The position numbers and the translations under genes are program-made. Below, piece by piece: positions 1 to 14,543 of a stretch of DNA of 64,000 nucleotides; positions within the stretch are counted from its first letter, which is position 1; each line of letters starts with the position of its first letter. The notes under the pieces were generated by a model. The model made no database searches and was not told the origin of the DNA. It worked only from the letters and a program-made list of their open reading frames with translations. This stretch comes from Octopus sinensis (lineage: Eukaryota), in assembly GCF_006345805.1 (NCBI RefSeq), contig NC_043017.1, forward strand, positions 1,054,001 to 1,118,000. Reading direction: 5' to 3'.

Positions 1-710
1 CTGCTGAAAATTGTTTTCTCTCTCTGAGGGGATTTTTATCCGTAGCAGAGTTCTTCAAGAAACTGTACGGGGACCAATACTGTTTTTGTGGCTCTCTCTT
101 AGATACGCCCTCAGCCGCACAGGCAGATACTCTCACCTTCTGCGCAGAAGATGCAAATATATCAGTTGCCGTCAAGGACATCGACGGCTTACTAAAGTTG
201 CAAAGTGACCTGCATGTAATTTTCAAATAGTCTGATGAAAATAAAAGGCACTTCAATGCTGTGAAGTTTGAAGCAGTCCACTTTCAGCCCACAAAAGACT
301 ATAGTCGGAATAAACAGAGTTAGAGTAGTGCCATCTCAGAGTCAGAGGCGGTTCGTGACCTGGGAATCCACGTGAGTAATGATTTAACATTCCATTTGTA
401 CATTATTAAGATGGCAACTCTGTGCAGGTGAGTGGCTGGAGGGATTCTGAGATTGTTGAGAACCTGAGAAAAAGGATACCATCCTGCTCCCATGGAGAAC
501 TTATATTCTCACTCATCCGGATTATTGTTTTCAGTTGTCGTTGTCACAGAGCATCATACTGGTGTTGGAAGTTGAGGCATTCCAATTCCTCTACCCGAAG
601 AAGATTGACTCAATGAAACAGCCAAGCGACTGAAAGATGCTAAAAGTATCGAAGCTCTGCTACCTTCAGAGAAGACGTGAGAGATATGCAGTGATATGCA
701 TGTCGATGCC
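1..710 (+). mobile_element. Decayed LINE RT fragment, same type as the 49281-51010 element
   Basis: Broken frames give GPILF, CAEDANI...LQSDL...FNAVKFEAVHF, VRDLGIHVSNDLTF and RRRERYAV, with stops and frameshifts. Confidence 0.75.
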
Positions 711-1015
711 CTGACCGGCCTGACTATTGTGTTCTTGAGCAAGACACTTTATTTCACGTTGCTCCAGTTAAATGAGCAATAGATATCGCTGGTTCCAAAT
801 TGTCGTGGCTTTTGCCTCCACATGGGTGGTGCGGAGAGTTTGGCAGGTATGCACAAACACAAATATAAACGAATACGAATGTGTATAAGTGCATGTATCC
901 ATACAGGCAAACATTATGCACATATATCACATACTTACATATGTAAACTTATATAGTCAGTATGCAAAATATATATATACATATATGTGTATATTTGTGT
1001 ATATACATATATATA

Positions 1016-1054
<39 letters not shown>

Positions 1055-1072
1055 TATATATATATATACAAA

Positions 1073-1109
<37 letters not shown>

Positions 1110-1642
1110 TATATATATATAATAAAATATTATATATATATATATGCTATGATGGGTGTCTTTGTGTGTGTCTGTGCATGTGCGTGTGGTTAATCATATA
1201 GATACACAGACAGAAATGCAGGCACAGAGACAAAATAAAAAAAACGATAGGCATACAGATAGACACAGTCATAAACAGAAACATAGATAACGTACGTAGC
1301 TAGCTAGTGTATTATGTCAGAGCGGTATTTAGTATTGTTCGCAAAAGTGTTCAGAATATAACTCAGAGAAAATGTCATCCATTTCTAAATCTGACATTTA
1401 TCACAGATTTATGTCCGTATTATGGAATTGATATCAAAGGTGAGCCATGATGATAAATATAGCGGTCCCATCCCAGTCTTTGATATTTCATGATCATATA
1501 CTGTTCTCAATACACTTCTATTGCCTTGTCCGCCATATTCATGTAATTGTCTATCTATATCTATCTTCTATCTATCATCTATCTATATATCTATCTATCT
1601 ATCTATCTGTATATATGTCTATCTGTCTGTCTGTCTGCCTGC

Positions 1643-1684
<42 letters not shown>

Positions 1685-1687
1685 TAG

Positions 1688-1719
<32 letters not shown>

Positions 1720-2024
1720 ATATATTATATATATAGTGACATTATATTAGAAGATGATAGATATAGATAAATAGATAGATAGACAAACAGGCAGATGAAT
1801 AAATAAACAGATTGATATATATATATATATAAAGGCTATATATACGTACATGAACATTCACCCGCTGATGTATATACATACATACACGCGCACATACACA
1901 CGCGCACACACACACGCATACACACACACACATGCACACATACACACCACACATATATATATATATATAAATATATATAAATAAATGGATAGATTTATAG
2001 ATATACCTATGTGTATATATTATA

Positions 2025-2158
2025 AGGTTTTCCCAAAAGTTCGTAGAAAGTCTTGGAAAATAATGGTCTTTATTTTGAGGAATAATTTTGTTGTTTTGTT
2101 AGTACTTGGCGAGTAAAAATTCATTTTCACAAGTGTTTACGAACTTTTGGGACAACCT
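2025..2158. mobile_element. Mariner-type MITE
   Basis: Terminal inverted repeats aggttttcccaaaagttcgta / tacgaacttttgggacaacct, in a TA-rich context. Confidence 0.6.
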
Positions 2159-2198
2159 AATATATATATATATAGCATTTACGCTTGTGTATGGGTGT

Positions 2199-2249
<51 letters not shown>

Positions 2250-2472
2250 TATATTATATATATATATATATAATATATCTATTATATATGTATATATATA
2301 TATATACACATATATGTGTCTGTGTATATGTATATGTATATCTATATATATAGTGGTGAGTATTTGTCTGAGTGACATTTATTAGATAGATGAAAGATAG
2401 ATATATAAATAGATAGATAGACAAATAAGCTGATTAATAAATAATAGATCGATATACATGTATGAGTATATA

Positions 2473-2504
<32 letters not shown>

Positions 2505-2738
2505 CTATTTGCTTCATCATTGATGAGATACTGAGCCCTACGCTTGGAAATAGAGTACGATGGCACCCTCGGCACACAAGTTCTTAACCTCAATATGCAG
2601 ATATATGCATAGAATTCACTTTTAGTCAATGGAACTCTGATACAATGGAGACCAGCTTTCGGGAGAAGTACTTTATGCTACAAATAACAGCGAAATTTCT
2701 AGGAAAGTTCGCCATAGAAACTTAAAACGTAAGAGAGA

Positions 2739-2824
<86 letters not shown>

Positions 2825-3399
2825 CATTCGTCATCATTTCTAGCGCTTGTTCTGGCTTAGTCACAGATTGGAGATATCTAAAATCAGTCTTACCTCTCAC
2901 CGATTTTTTCATATCAGATTATACGCTGAAAACCCCTTAAAGTGACAGGGTGCCCCAGTATGGATGCAATCGAATAACTGAAGCATGTCACAAGTAAAAG
3001 GGATGTAGATAAACCCGCAGTAAACAATTTTAAATATGGAACGAAATTGTTGAACAATCTATTTACAAAACCCTTCGCCTAAAACACGTCTGGTTTTTTT
3101 AGGGACATGAAAATATCACATGCACTCTTTAGTAGTCTTCGTGTATGACAAAGGTTCATACAACTAAATGAAACCGCCCCAGTAAACAATATAGAGCGAA
3201 AATCCCGCTGAATAATTTCTTTTATTCATTACAAATGTAATTTTAATTGTTGAAGCTTAATCCTTTGTCACTACGCCCCTCAAACAGCAGATGTCCCGTC
3301 ATAGCCTAGTTAATATTTTAAATCACTAAAATTCATTAGTATCAAATCAATAATCCATGACGCTCAACCTTGCTTTATTCGATTTCTAATTAACTTGGA

Positions 3400-3720
3400 T
3401 TAATATGATTTCCGTATTCATTCCCCCTAACTTCCACGTTAAAAAGTATCTTTCTTCATTTAGCTGCCATGATAAGAATGTAGGATGTCGGTAGGTGTTT
3501 AATCACTCTTTCTTACAACCAGTTCATCAAGTTTAACATTTATATCATCTGTTCCCTTGCCTTACTTCTGCCTTCAATCCTTCCAGCCGTCGCTAAATTC
3601 TACACGCCATCTTTCCTCATCACAGGACCAAAAATCTCAGTTGCTTTGATATATAAGCCAAAGATGTTTCCTCCACATTTTTCAAAGTATTTTTTAATTA
3701 ATTTACGTTCTTTTATTCAC
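3400..3720 (-). mobile_element. RTE-clade LINE C-terminal relic
   Basis: Minus strand reads QLRFFGPVMRKDGV.NLATAGRIEGRSKAR, resembling the RTE C-terminal consensus RQL.FFGHVMRK..LE.L...G.IEG.R.RGR. Confidence 0.55.
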
Positions 3721-4313
3721 AGAATTATACACGTTACTGCCCCCATTTTACTTAATGCAATATGTTTGAATTGGAAACAGACGGAGTATATTAGATCTCG
3801 TGTCTGCTCAATAAGTAGTTTTCAGGAGAGCAGAAGTCATAACAAAAGCAGTAACAACAACCAACGGTTCAACTCGCAAACGAATCTTTGTGTCGTGTAT
3901 AAATTGCTGGGAGAAGCGTGTTGGCATTACGGCGTCGATTCATAGCAATAAGTTAGGCGAATGTGTTACTCGTAGATGTAGAGAGTAGATGATATTTTCG
4001 TTCTTTCATTCCATGTCTTACATAAAGTACAAGAAGCTGATTGTCTGGTTTATAGGGAGAGGCTCTCAACAAGAACTGAAGAAAGTAATTACTTTTCGCA
4101 GAAACATGCCGTGTTGTTTAGCATGAAATTGGCAAGCTTCGAGTGTATGCATATGTGTGTGTATATGCATGTGTTTGTGTGTGCGTGTGTGTATGTGTAA
4201 AACCACACACGCTCTCATAAGAGTTTGCGTTTTCGTTGCTACTCATGAATGTGCAAAATTCTCTTTGCTTCTGCGAATATATATGAATATATATATACAC
4301 ACGCGCATATCCG

Positions 4314-4397
<84 letters not shown>

Positions 4398-4579
4398 CCG
4401 TGTTTGTGTTTCTGTGTTTGCTTATGTGTGTGTACCTGTATAAGTGTATGCAACCCATCGCTTAGTTCATATATACGTATATAACATAGCATCCGTAAAC
4501 ACATTAATAAAGACAGTTTATACGCAACATACATTTGCATAAATATACACATACCCATACGCCAAATAATATATATATG

Positions 4580-4637
<58 letters not shown>

Positions 4638-4665
4638 TATAGTATATAATATATATAATATATAA

Positions 4666-4697
<32 letters not shown>

Positions 4698-5335
4698 GTA
4701 TGTATATATATACTTGCTAGATTCATACGTATACACTTGATATAAATAAATCCAAACATGCACACATCGTCTTCATACAAGTTCTACTTTACCGCGATGT
4801 TGAAAAGCTTGCTGGCTTCAAGGATTAAGATTGTTGTAGCGAACGAAATATCTTCTTCGTTAACCTTTCCCTCTGAACACTAGACAACTGCGCCACTACA
4901 TCATGACGACGGAAAATATGACCGGATATTAAGTATGGCTGACATCACATATAATATGCTGCCAATATCGTTTATATACATGCTAGACATTGGAGACAAG
5001 ACATATAACGAGATCAGTCGAAGGAGAAGAGGTAATATATAAAATCGATCAATCGATATAGATGAAACACTGCACTCCATCTAGTGCCGTACGAAATAGC
5101 GTATTTCCCGCGATACTGTTCGCCATTCCTCTTACAATAAATCACGAAAATCGCTATCTCAATGAGACATTAATACGACTCTTATGCTTTTAAAATGGCG
5201 AATGAATTTTGAATAGTATTCTGCAGACCTCCCCCTAGAGGCCAATCTTTCCATTAGAAATATTCTTTAAAATTCCTCATTTTATCGCCCTGCCTTCTCT
5301 CTGTGTGGGTATTATAGTATGTATGCGTATATATG

Positions 5336-5372
<37 letters not shown>

Positions 5373-5457
5373 ATACAACTCTTTCTGTCAGTATCTGGTG
5401 TCTGTCTCGCCTTCAGCCTCCTTGTCAAATACAAATATATATATATAGATATATATA

Positions 5458-5496
<39 letters not shown>

Positions 5497-5500
5497 CATA

Positions 5501-5549
<49 letters not shown>

Positions 5550-5551
<2 letters not shown>

Positions 5552-5890
5552 AAGGTGCATGACTCGGTGGTTAGAAAATCGAGCTTAAGATCGTGAGCTT
5601 GTGAGTTCGACTCCCGGACCGGGCTGCGTGTTTTGTTCTTGAGCGAGACACTTTATTTCATGATTCTCCAGTCCATTCAGGTGTAGAAATGAGTTGCGAC
5701 GTCACAGGTTCCAAGCTGTATCGGCCCTTTTACATTTCCCTTGGATAATACTGGTGGTGTGGAGAGGAGAGACTGGTATGAATGGGTGACTGCTGGTCTT
5801 CCATAAGCAACCTAGCCCGGACTTGTTCCGTGCAGAAAAACTTTCTAGATGCAATCTCATGGTCAGTCGTCACCGAAGGGGGTCTTTGCC
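5550..5890 (+). mobile_element. tRNA-derived SINE, near full length
   Basis: A box TGACTCGGTGG, B box GTTCGACTC, CORE-like ttcttgagcgagacacttt. A partial copy lies at about 705-860. Confidence 0.75.
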
Positions 5891-5932
5891 TATATATATA
5901 ATATATATATATATATATATGGGTCGCCCATA

Positions 5933-6470
5933 TGGGTCATCCCATAAACGATGCAGTGTTTCTATACTTCTTAATATTTTGAAACTGAGATAGACAAAGT
6001 TCATTTTTAATATAAAATATATTCTCCTTCATTTTCTATAATGTCCTTCCATCTGTCTGGGAGAATTCCAAGGACCCTCTTCCAAAATTTACTTGTCCGT
6101 AGTGTTCTGACCTCATATAGGGAATTCATATTTTTTCCGTCCAAATGATTTTGACGACTGTGGAATAAATGATAAATCAGATGGAGCAATGTCGGACGAA
6201 TATGGTTGATGAGGCATCGTTTCCCATTAAAACTACTCCAACCTCTGGAATCTCATCCTCGCTGTATGAGGCCAAGCATTATCTTGATGGAAGAACACCA
6301 ATCCTCTCAAAATCAAAGATGGTCGTTTTTCTAAAGTACCATATTCATCTGAATCTCTCTATATATATATTGAACGAAATATGGGTTAATAACCTTATCG
6401 TTTTCAATGCAAAGCTCGTCCACAGGTAAAATATTGGCTACCGGATGTTATCATATATAAGACGATTCTT
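5933..6470 (-). mobile_element. Mariner (D,D34D) transposase relic
   Basis: HQDNAWPH-...-PYSSDIAPSD with 34 residues between the Asp residues, then HLFHSRQNHLDGK...GILPDRWKDIIENEGEYI. TIR-like tgggtcatcccataa at 5933. Confidence 0.85.
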
Positions 6471-6540
6471 CTGGAATGTTATAGTATCTGAGTAGATTAT
6501 AAACAAGGATTGCATAAGACGTTATTTCAAATCATTATAT

Positions 6541-6711
6541 ATTAATCCCTCGCCATATCGCGGTTCGCCTTTCGCGGATTATTACTTTAGCTTATGTCGA
6601 TTCCACCGTGGAGTTGCTTTACATATATAAGGAAATAAATATATACAAGTTATAAAAATAAACAAAAAATATACAGTGCAGTATTGTTTCTACTTCGCGG
6701 ATTTTCATTGC

Positions 6712-6720
<9 letters not shown>
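6541..6720. mobile_element. Possible Tigger/pogo-like terminal fragment
   Basis: taatccctcgccatatcgcggttc resembles the Tigger-type TIR start. No matching second end found. Confidence 0.35.
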
Positions 6721-6748
<28 letters not shown>

Positions 6749-6976
6749 AAAGAGAAAGAGAGTGAGAGAAAGTAGCATATGTATCTATATATATATGTTT
6801 GTGTGTGTGTGAAAATATAAAAACATGTATCTATATAAATATACAATCGTGTGTATGAGTGAATATATCAACGTACATATACATATATACACGGTAGGTT
6901 CCTTTCATTCCGTGTCTACCAAAGCCATTCAGAAGTCTTATGTCATCTCAGGCTATAGTAGAGGACACTTGACCAA

Positions 6977-7079
6977 ATGGAAAGGCTTGTACGCCTGAAC
7001 CCACAACCATGTGCTTCAGGACTAAAATTTGTACCACACACAGGCGCCTTTACTCGTATCTATCTATCTATATATATAT

Positions 7080-7148
<69 letters not shown>

Positions 7149-7288
7149 ATCTATCTATCTATCTATCTATTATCTATCTATCTATCCATCCATCTATCTA
7201 TCTATGTTGTATCTATCTATCTAATATCTATCTATCTATTTATCTATCTATCTATATCTATCTATCTATCTATCTATCTATCATCTAT

Positions 7289-7359
<71 letters not shown>

Positions 7360-7500
7360 CATATATATACATATATACACATACATATATGTTTATATAA
7401 ATGTAGTATATATGCGTGTGCATTGTCTGTATATGTTTCCCTATGTCTATATCCTTATCTACATCTACATCTATATCTCGTTATATACATTTGTACATGT
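6977..7500. repeat. (ATCT)n / (AT)n compound microsatellite, representative of dozens of similar tracts
   Basis: Direct inspection; explains the YLSI and IYIY ORFs. Confidence 0.95.
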
Positions 7501-8007
7501 GTATGTTTACACAGAGAGAACACTACGAAAGAGTAGACATACTGATATACAGAAAGAGTATGAAATGTTCCCTTTGTATTGTACGCGTTATGGTTCTTCG
7601 GTCATTTTTTCGATTCTTGATATTACTTTTATATACCTGATAATGGGCTCCAAGATAGGTGAACTATTAAATTCTACAGAACTTTATTGTTTGTATTTGT
7701 GAGAATTTCAGATTTATATTGGTCCATGTGATTTGAACAAATGAGGTTACTGAAGGAACAAACATATTAAATTTCAGTAAAGATTTTATAGAAATCCTGT
7801 CTGCAGACAGTGAGTTTAAAAATAGATATTAACATATAAGTTTTTAATCATCTGTAGTCTACATACACCCAGACAACTCACGTGCACAGACACCAGCGTG
7901 GACATATATACGTACCTATATGTGCCTGCTTGTGTATAGACACACATATTTCTATGCATATATATATGAGAAAAGAATGAATCAAGATAAACAAGTTGAT
8001 GTGCACT

Positions 8008-8054
<47 letters not shown>

Positions 8055-8780
8055 CGTGTGTGTGTGTGTGTGTTGGGAGAGAAAGATACAGAGAGAAGCA
8101 CAGAGACAGGTGGTGTGTTCATATTTTCTTCCTATTTCTGTATTTCTCTAGATTTAAACCGCATTTCATTGCAATCTAATTGCACCATTTGTGGAATTTT
8201 CTAGTTAAGAACCAATAATACAACTTTTAAATGTCTGTCTGCAAACCGCACCGAAGATGACATTCACCCCCGTCCGCCCACCCACACCGCCACCACCAAG
8301 ATACACAACCACGACCACTATAACAACAACAACAACAACAATAATGATATAAATAATGCTGCTGGTCTTTCGCAAAACCGCCAACACAGGAAATGATTAA
8401 AATGTCAGCTGATTGGTGAGAAGAGTTTCGTGTAATATATTTCCTTTGGAATTATTCATGCGAAAACGCAACATCCTGCAAACGTGAGCGCAAGTGTTTA
8501 GTCTTTTATTAAACTGCGTTTATCTGAAATGTTGCAAAACGATGCGGTCTTGTTTTCGCTCCATATAATCAATATATGTGTGTGTGTGTGTGTGTGTGTG
8601 TATGTTTTATGTAAAAACACAAACGCAAAGGCACACACACACACATAGAAACATACATACATATAGACATACATACATACATTCATACATACATACATAC
8701 ATACATATATATATGATATATTATATATATTATTTATATATATGTATATATAGAATATACATATGTATATATATATATAT

Positions 8781-8820
<40 letters not shown>

Positions 8821-9019
8821 GCGTGTGCGTGTGTATATATATATATATACGCATATATAAATATATAATATATATGTAAACAAACAAGTAGGCGTATATA
8901 CACAGAGAATCATACATGCATAAATACATATCCCTATATATTTTTATCTATAGGTATCCATGGATATCTGTGTCTATCTACCTACCTATCTATCTATCTA
9001 TCTATCTACCTATATATAC

Positions 9020-9265
9020 CGATTCATCTTTGCTCACTGCTCAGGAGTCCCACAATCATTGGTACTACTACCACCTTTTCATTAATCACAACTGCTTAAC
9101 CTCCCAAGCTAACCTGTCATATCTAGCGACTTTTCTTCTTTCCTTATCCCATACCTTATCAGCTGAGCATACTATATCTGTGATCCAGCATTATTTGATT
9201 TCTTTCTCAATTAACAATATGTCTGGTTCCCTATTCTCTATTTCATGGTCGGACGCATTTTAAGT
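9020..9265 (-). mobile_element. Restriction-like endonuclease fragment of an R2/R4-group non-LTR element
   Basis: DHEIENREPDILLIEKEIK.CWITDI...KERRKVARYDRLAWEVKQL...VVVVPMIVG matches the PD-(D/E)xK RLE domain pattern. Confidence 0.75.
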
Positions 9266-9607
9266 ATAATCCTCTTCCTGCTGACTCACTTTCATAATGG
9301 TGAATTTTTGTATTTCTAGTACTTCCTTAGATTTTCAATTAGAAGAATTTTCATTTTTCTTTTTTAACTCTAATGTTGTAATTCTTAACAGGAGTGATTA
9401 ATGTACAGAATTTTCCTGCATACAAGTCGACTTTCTGTGTCCTAAATTTCCACCCAAGCAATTATAGGTCAACAGAAGACGATTTGGGGGCAATAAAATT
9501 TCTGCGTGAAAGTAGTAGGAATCGGAAAGAAAGCGGCGCTGTTTGAATGTATACACTAAATAGTACGCTATATATTATATAGCGTACATATTTAGTGTAT
9601 ACATTCA

Positions 9608-9651
<44 letters not shown>

Positions 9652-10037
9652 TATATTGTTTACGGTAAATACAGCATTTGTTCTTGAGCTAAAAGAAATA
9701 TTAGAGCATTGGAAAGAAAAATGAGTTGTGACTTTTCTTTCGCCTCTTTTTAATCTGAGAACAAGCAGACCGGAGGTCAAATTTACTTTTATTGTTTTCG
9801 GCGTCTATGAGATATAGTAACAGCTCAATTGCTTGGATACACAAGACGATAAGACAAAAAAAAACTCATATAACGAATAGCCGTTCAGAAACATCAGCGC
9901 AATACTATCTATGAAATATGATATAGGAGTCAACACAAAATATATTGCAACAGTAACTGGAGGAAGTTGCAGTGAAATATTGGTGACAATAGCAATTTTA
10001 TTCGTGTTACATTTTATCGTTTGTTATATAAACAAAT

Positions 10038-10482
10038 AAGGCAACGAGCTGGCAGAATCGTTAGAACGTTGGACGAAATGAATATCAGTATTTCGCTCGT
10101 CGCCATGTTTTGACTTCAAATGTAGCCGAGGTCGAATATATCTTTCAAATTTTTGGGGGGCCGATAAAATAAGTATTAGTTGTGTACTGAGGTTGATAGA
10201 ATCGACTAGCCACCACTCTCAAGTTTCAGGTCTTGTGCCTGTAGTAGAAAACATTATTATTATGAATATTATGGCGGCGAGCTGGTAGAATCGTTAGCCC
10301 GCTGGACGATATGCTTAGCGATATTTCGCCCGTCGCTACCTTCCGGGTTAAAATTCCACCGCGGTCGATTTTGCCTTTCATCATTTCGGGGTCGATAAAT
10401 TAAGGACCAGTGAAAGACTGAGTCGATGTAATAAACCAGTATATTCTCAGCAAATTTCAGGACTTGTGCTTTTAGTAGAATG
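10038..10482 (+). mobile_element. Two tandem tRNA-derived SINE copies (gcgagctggcagaatcgttag family)
   Basis: Shared head and body at about 10038-10255 and 10272-10482. The family recurs at about 30400-30625, 46055-46170 (-) and 58120-58590. Confidence 0.7.
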
Positions 10483-11885
10483 TGTCCTTATAACATTAAT
10501 TTCATATTTTTTCTTCAATGAATAAATATCATTAAAATCTGTATTTTGTCCGTTGTTGGGATGATAAAACTTCAATCTGGCATCTTGTTTAATAATGGTC
10601 AGTCATCTCTTTAATGAATTTCGTACTGCAAGCACTGTTGTGTTCTTTCATCTGAATTATAAATCTTTGCCGTTTACTGTATAACCGTCTTGCTATTAAT
10701 ATACACATACACATATGAAAGAACTTCGTGTGCGTACGTTCATGCGTGTATGTGGGAGTGTGTCTGTAATGAGAAGCATCGCCAATCCTTTCATGCAAAA
10801 AGGCAGATGGAAATGCACGAGAGCGTGAAATCTGCGAAAATTTGGTGGCATTTTGCAACGCATGGGTCGATAGCTTTCAAACCAATTATGTACAATTTGT
10901 TCAGAGTTTCCTGCGCAAATTTTTCGCCCAGAAAGCACAACCATAATTTATTTAACTATGTAACAGGCGTCTAGTTATATATTGTTCAATAAGCGAGGAA
11001 AGACTTCGTTAAGAAGCATTTTACGAATTGGGTTTAGAGATCAATGAAGACACCTCCTTTTCTGATTTTCGCATCAAAAAAGGTTAGCAATTTGCTAGTA
11101 ATCGAAGAATTACTATTTCTTCAGGTACCAACGGAGGTCGTTTATATTATAATGACAGGGCTTCATGATTTGTCGTTGATGGCAGTTCATGCATATACAC
11201 TATTCATTTTGAGCTCATAAATCTCACAAAAGCATAACTTTGAGCAATCTAGATATAATCCTGTTCACGTAGTCACAACTTCTAAATGTCCCTACCTATG
11301 ATCTATGTATGTATGTATGTATGTATGATGTATGTATGTATGTATGTATGTATGTATGTATGTATGTATGTGTGTATGTATGTATGTATGTGTGTATGTG
11401 TATGTATGTATGTATGTTTGTATGTATGTATGTATGTGTGTGTGTACGTATGTATGTTTGTATGTATGTATGTATGTGTATGTATGTATGTATGTATGTA
11501 TGTATGTTTGTTTGTATGTATGTATGTTGTGTTATGTGTATATTGTATGTATGTATGTGTGTATATGTGTATATATCTATGTATGTATGTATATACGTTT
11601 GTATGTATGTATGTATCTATCTAAATGTGTGCGTGCGCGCGCACATACTCACATACAGACAAATGTATATATATATACATACATATATATGTCTGTATGT
11701 ATGTATATATTATATATATATATATATATGTATGTATATATGTATGTATGTATGTATGTATATATACAGAGTAAGTTAAAATGAGCGACAAAGAGTCGAG
11801 TTCCATAACTTTCAATTTAATGTTGTTGAATAATGTTTCTACTGAAAGTTTGTAATTTTGTGGCAACGCGATTCCAGCCGATTCC

Positions 11886-12033
11886 AGGAGTGACTGCGTC
11901 GTAAGAAACTTGCTTCCCAGCTACATGGTGCTGGATTCAGGCCCACTCTGTGGCACCTTGAGCAAATGTCTTCTACTATAGCCTCGACGAAAGACTTCTG
12001 AGTGGTAACTGAAGGAAACTGAAGGAAGCCCGT
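11886..12033 (+). mobile_element. SINE 5' module (gcaccttgagcaaatgtcttctactatagcc family)
   Basis: Same module as at 23663, 29977, 34345-34505 (-) and 57428. Confidence 0.65.
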
Positions 12034-13979
12034 CATATATATATAATCATGTGTCTGCGTCAGTGTGTGTGCATGTGTGTGGGTATGTGTCTGTGTATCT
12101 GTGATTTTCCCTTCGTCACCGCCTTTTCACAACTGGTCTTGGTATGTTTACGTCTATGTAAATTATTGGTTAGTCAAAAGAGACAGTTAATTAAGACGTG
12201 TTTAATATGGAGAAGAGTTTTTGGATATGTGTTGTGGCTAAAGTTCACAAACACCAATGTGCTCTTTGAAATCATTGAATTCTTTATTAAATAGATAGAA
12301 AGATGCGTTGGTTAGTGGCGGGTCAACAGAGTTTTCATAAAAGAATAACAATTTGTAAGATGTGATGCGGCCAGTTTTTCGAAGAGGAGGATGTAAAATT
12401 ATACTGTGTCTCATTTATTTATTTTCCCGTCAACGTTTAGTTGAAGAAGGGTTTTCTCCAAAACGTTGTGTTTTCTACTTCACTGCACTCTTATTTTATC
12501 TACTTTAGCCTAATAATACAGGTCTCTGTGGCATTTTATCATATCAAAGATAATATATAAATATATCGTTTGCTTCCATTTATATGGCGTCCATCGTTCT
12601 GTAATCGTTAGTTCTAAATTAAGCACCTTTTTTTACAATTACTTCAGCACGTTTATCTCATCCCAAATCATTCTCATATCATGTTTTAAATTATTCATAA
12701 GTTTCTCATACCCTCCACATCACTATTATCTTTTATAAATATTTCGGCAAAAATGACAAATAAATTCCTTCAATTTTAGTAATTTTCTTCGTTTTATGAG
12801 CTCCGTTCTAATTAAGTTAAAACGTTTACAGTATTTTCAACACATTTTTATAATTTCAAACTTTTCCTTATGTCTTTCAATTGTTCACAATTTTCAGCAG
12901 GCTTCTCACCTCGATGTTATATTTCATATTTTCGTTTTGAATGGTTTATTGGGTCTGTAAGTCTCACATCTAATTAATTTGCCACTTCTCGTAGAACCTT
13001 CAGCAGATTTGCTAAATCTCAAATTACTTTCAGGTGTCGTGTGAAATTAATTAGAGCTTTTTTCAGGTTTAGCATCATACCTTATAATGCCGCGTTGGTG
13101 TTTTCCATTCATAAACATTGGGTTATCAGAAGCATTCGTTCTGTTTTTCCATCGTCACATATCTGGAAAAAAAGGTAAACTTTGTTAAAATAAAAAAAAA
13201 CAGGAAAAACGCAGTTGGAGAGGAAGAATAGGATTAGAAGTATCAAAAGACAGGGAACATTACTACGAGAATCTATTCATCAAGTTAATTGAAAGCAAAT
13301 GTGAAAGGATTAAATAAATGCAAAATAAAAGCAGGGCGATTTATCTGAGAACAATAAAAGTTGAAGTGAGCCATTTAGCGACTAAAACACTTGATGTACT
13401 CAAGGATTAGAAATAGTGATAAAACAACTAGAGGCAGCAATAAATGCAAAATGCGTGGACAAAAGAAGAGGGCTCTTGCAACAAGCAGCTGTCTATAAAT
13501 AATACCAAGTTAATTCATTCTTATGCAGCATTATGTAAGAGCCAAAGCACAATGCACTACAATAAGCAGATACGCCAAACCTCACGTTCGATATATAATA
13601 AAACTGTTATGTATATGAAGATCATATTTATCCGTAATATATTATCGATCGCAAGTGCAGAGTTCAAACTCCCATCTGCTGCGGTATAGCGTCCAGGGAG
13701 ACCTCCGTACACAAAGTGAGAGCTAACCCTGGACGTCATCCTGCAGCAAATGGGCGTCTAAACAAAACATACACACTATGTATATGCGCCCTATAATGCT
13801 TACATCACCGGAGTTTACATTTGTAATTTCATAAGGATATCACTTAGCATGTGCCCAACAAAAATACTAAGAAATGTACATTTTGTATGATAAGCAAAGT
13901 GAACTGCGACGGTTAAAATGAAATAAGCACGGCATTATAAATCTGCAAAGTATACAAAGCCGTGAACAGTAGAAAGAGA

Positions 13980-14543
13980 CAGAGAAGGCGATATGAATGT
14001 GACCACCTTCCCGAATTCAACCAACAATCACTAAACAGGGCCTTAGGCTTAATTCAGACGGCCATGTGAAGCTGTTGGAGACTATTATCAAAGTTTAACT
14101 TGTTAGAGTTGCTGCTACAAGGCCATCAGTCTTGCATAGGATTCATCTCGTCGCCATACTTCTGGAAAGAGTTGGACATTGTTGTCCGAGAATTTCAACG
14201 ATTTTGCCTGCAAAAAAACCTTACCTCCTAAGATTCCCGATTGTATTTCCATGTCTGATTCGGACGCTGATAACAAAGACAACTGCTCTGCTTGCAATAT
14301 CAAGGCCGAGCTCATGGCTGAGATCAAATAGCTGATCTTCGATCTTCCCAGAGATGCAGCGAGGAACGCTTCCACACGGTTATGCTCCTGTGCTGAGACC
14401 GCAGTGGAAGATGAAGGCGGTTATTTCAGTAGACTCCAAGTTATAATCTAATTGATATTTTTTTATGTTTTAAAATACTTATTCTTTTGGAGGGTATATG
14501 CTGTCTTTATTTTCTTTAAAGCAAACAGTCAAATTTATCCCTG
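13980..14543 (+). mobile_element. maT/DD37D Tc1-mariner transposase relic with right TIR
   Basis: GLRLNSDGHVKLLETII..., DSSRRHTSGKSWTLLSENFNDF...PPKIPDCISM (37 residues after the second Asp; the third Asp is lost), KAELMAEIK...EDEGGYF. Ends CCCTG followed by TA at 14543. Confidence 0.75.

Noticed and set aside
226-245. CTGATGA motifs at about 232, 28345, 46490 and 57067
   Set aside because: No stem II, GAAA or stem I context. The first two are codons within LINE relics.
6977-7702. 241-aa ORF and the many other YI, CV, poly-F, poly-L, poly-S and poly-K ORFs across the window
   Set aside because: They are translations of (ATCT)n, (AT)n, (GT)n and (CTT)n microsatellites, which lack stops in some frames. 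No coding signal.
12400-13170. Possible Penelope/GIY-YIG relic with a hammerhead-like ttgaagaagggttttctccaaaacgtt at about 12443
   Set aside because: Too degenerate: no convincing protein motif, orientation is ambiguous and the GAAA core is broken.
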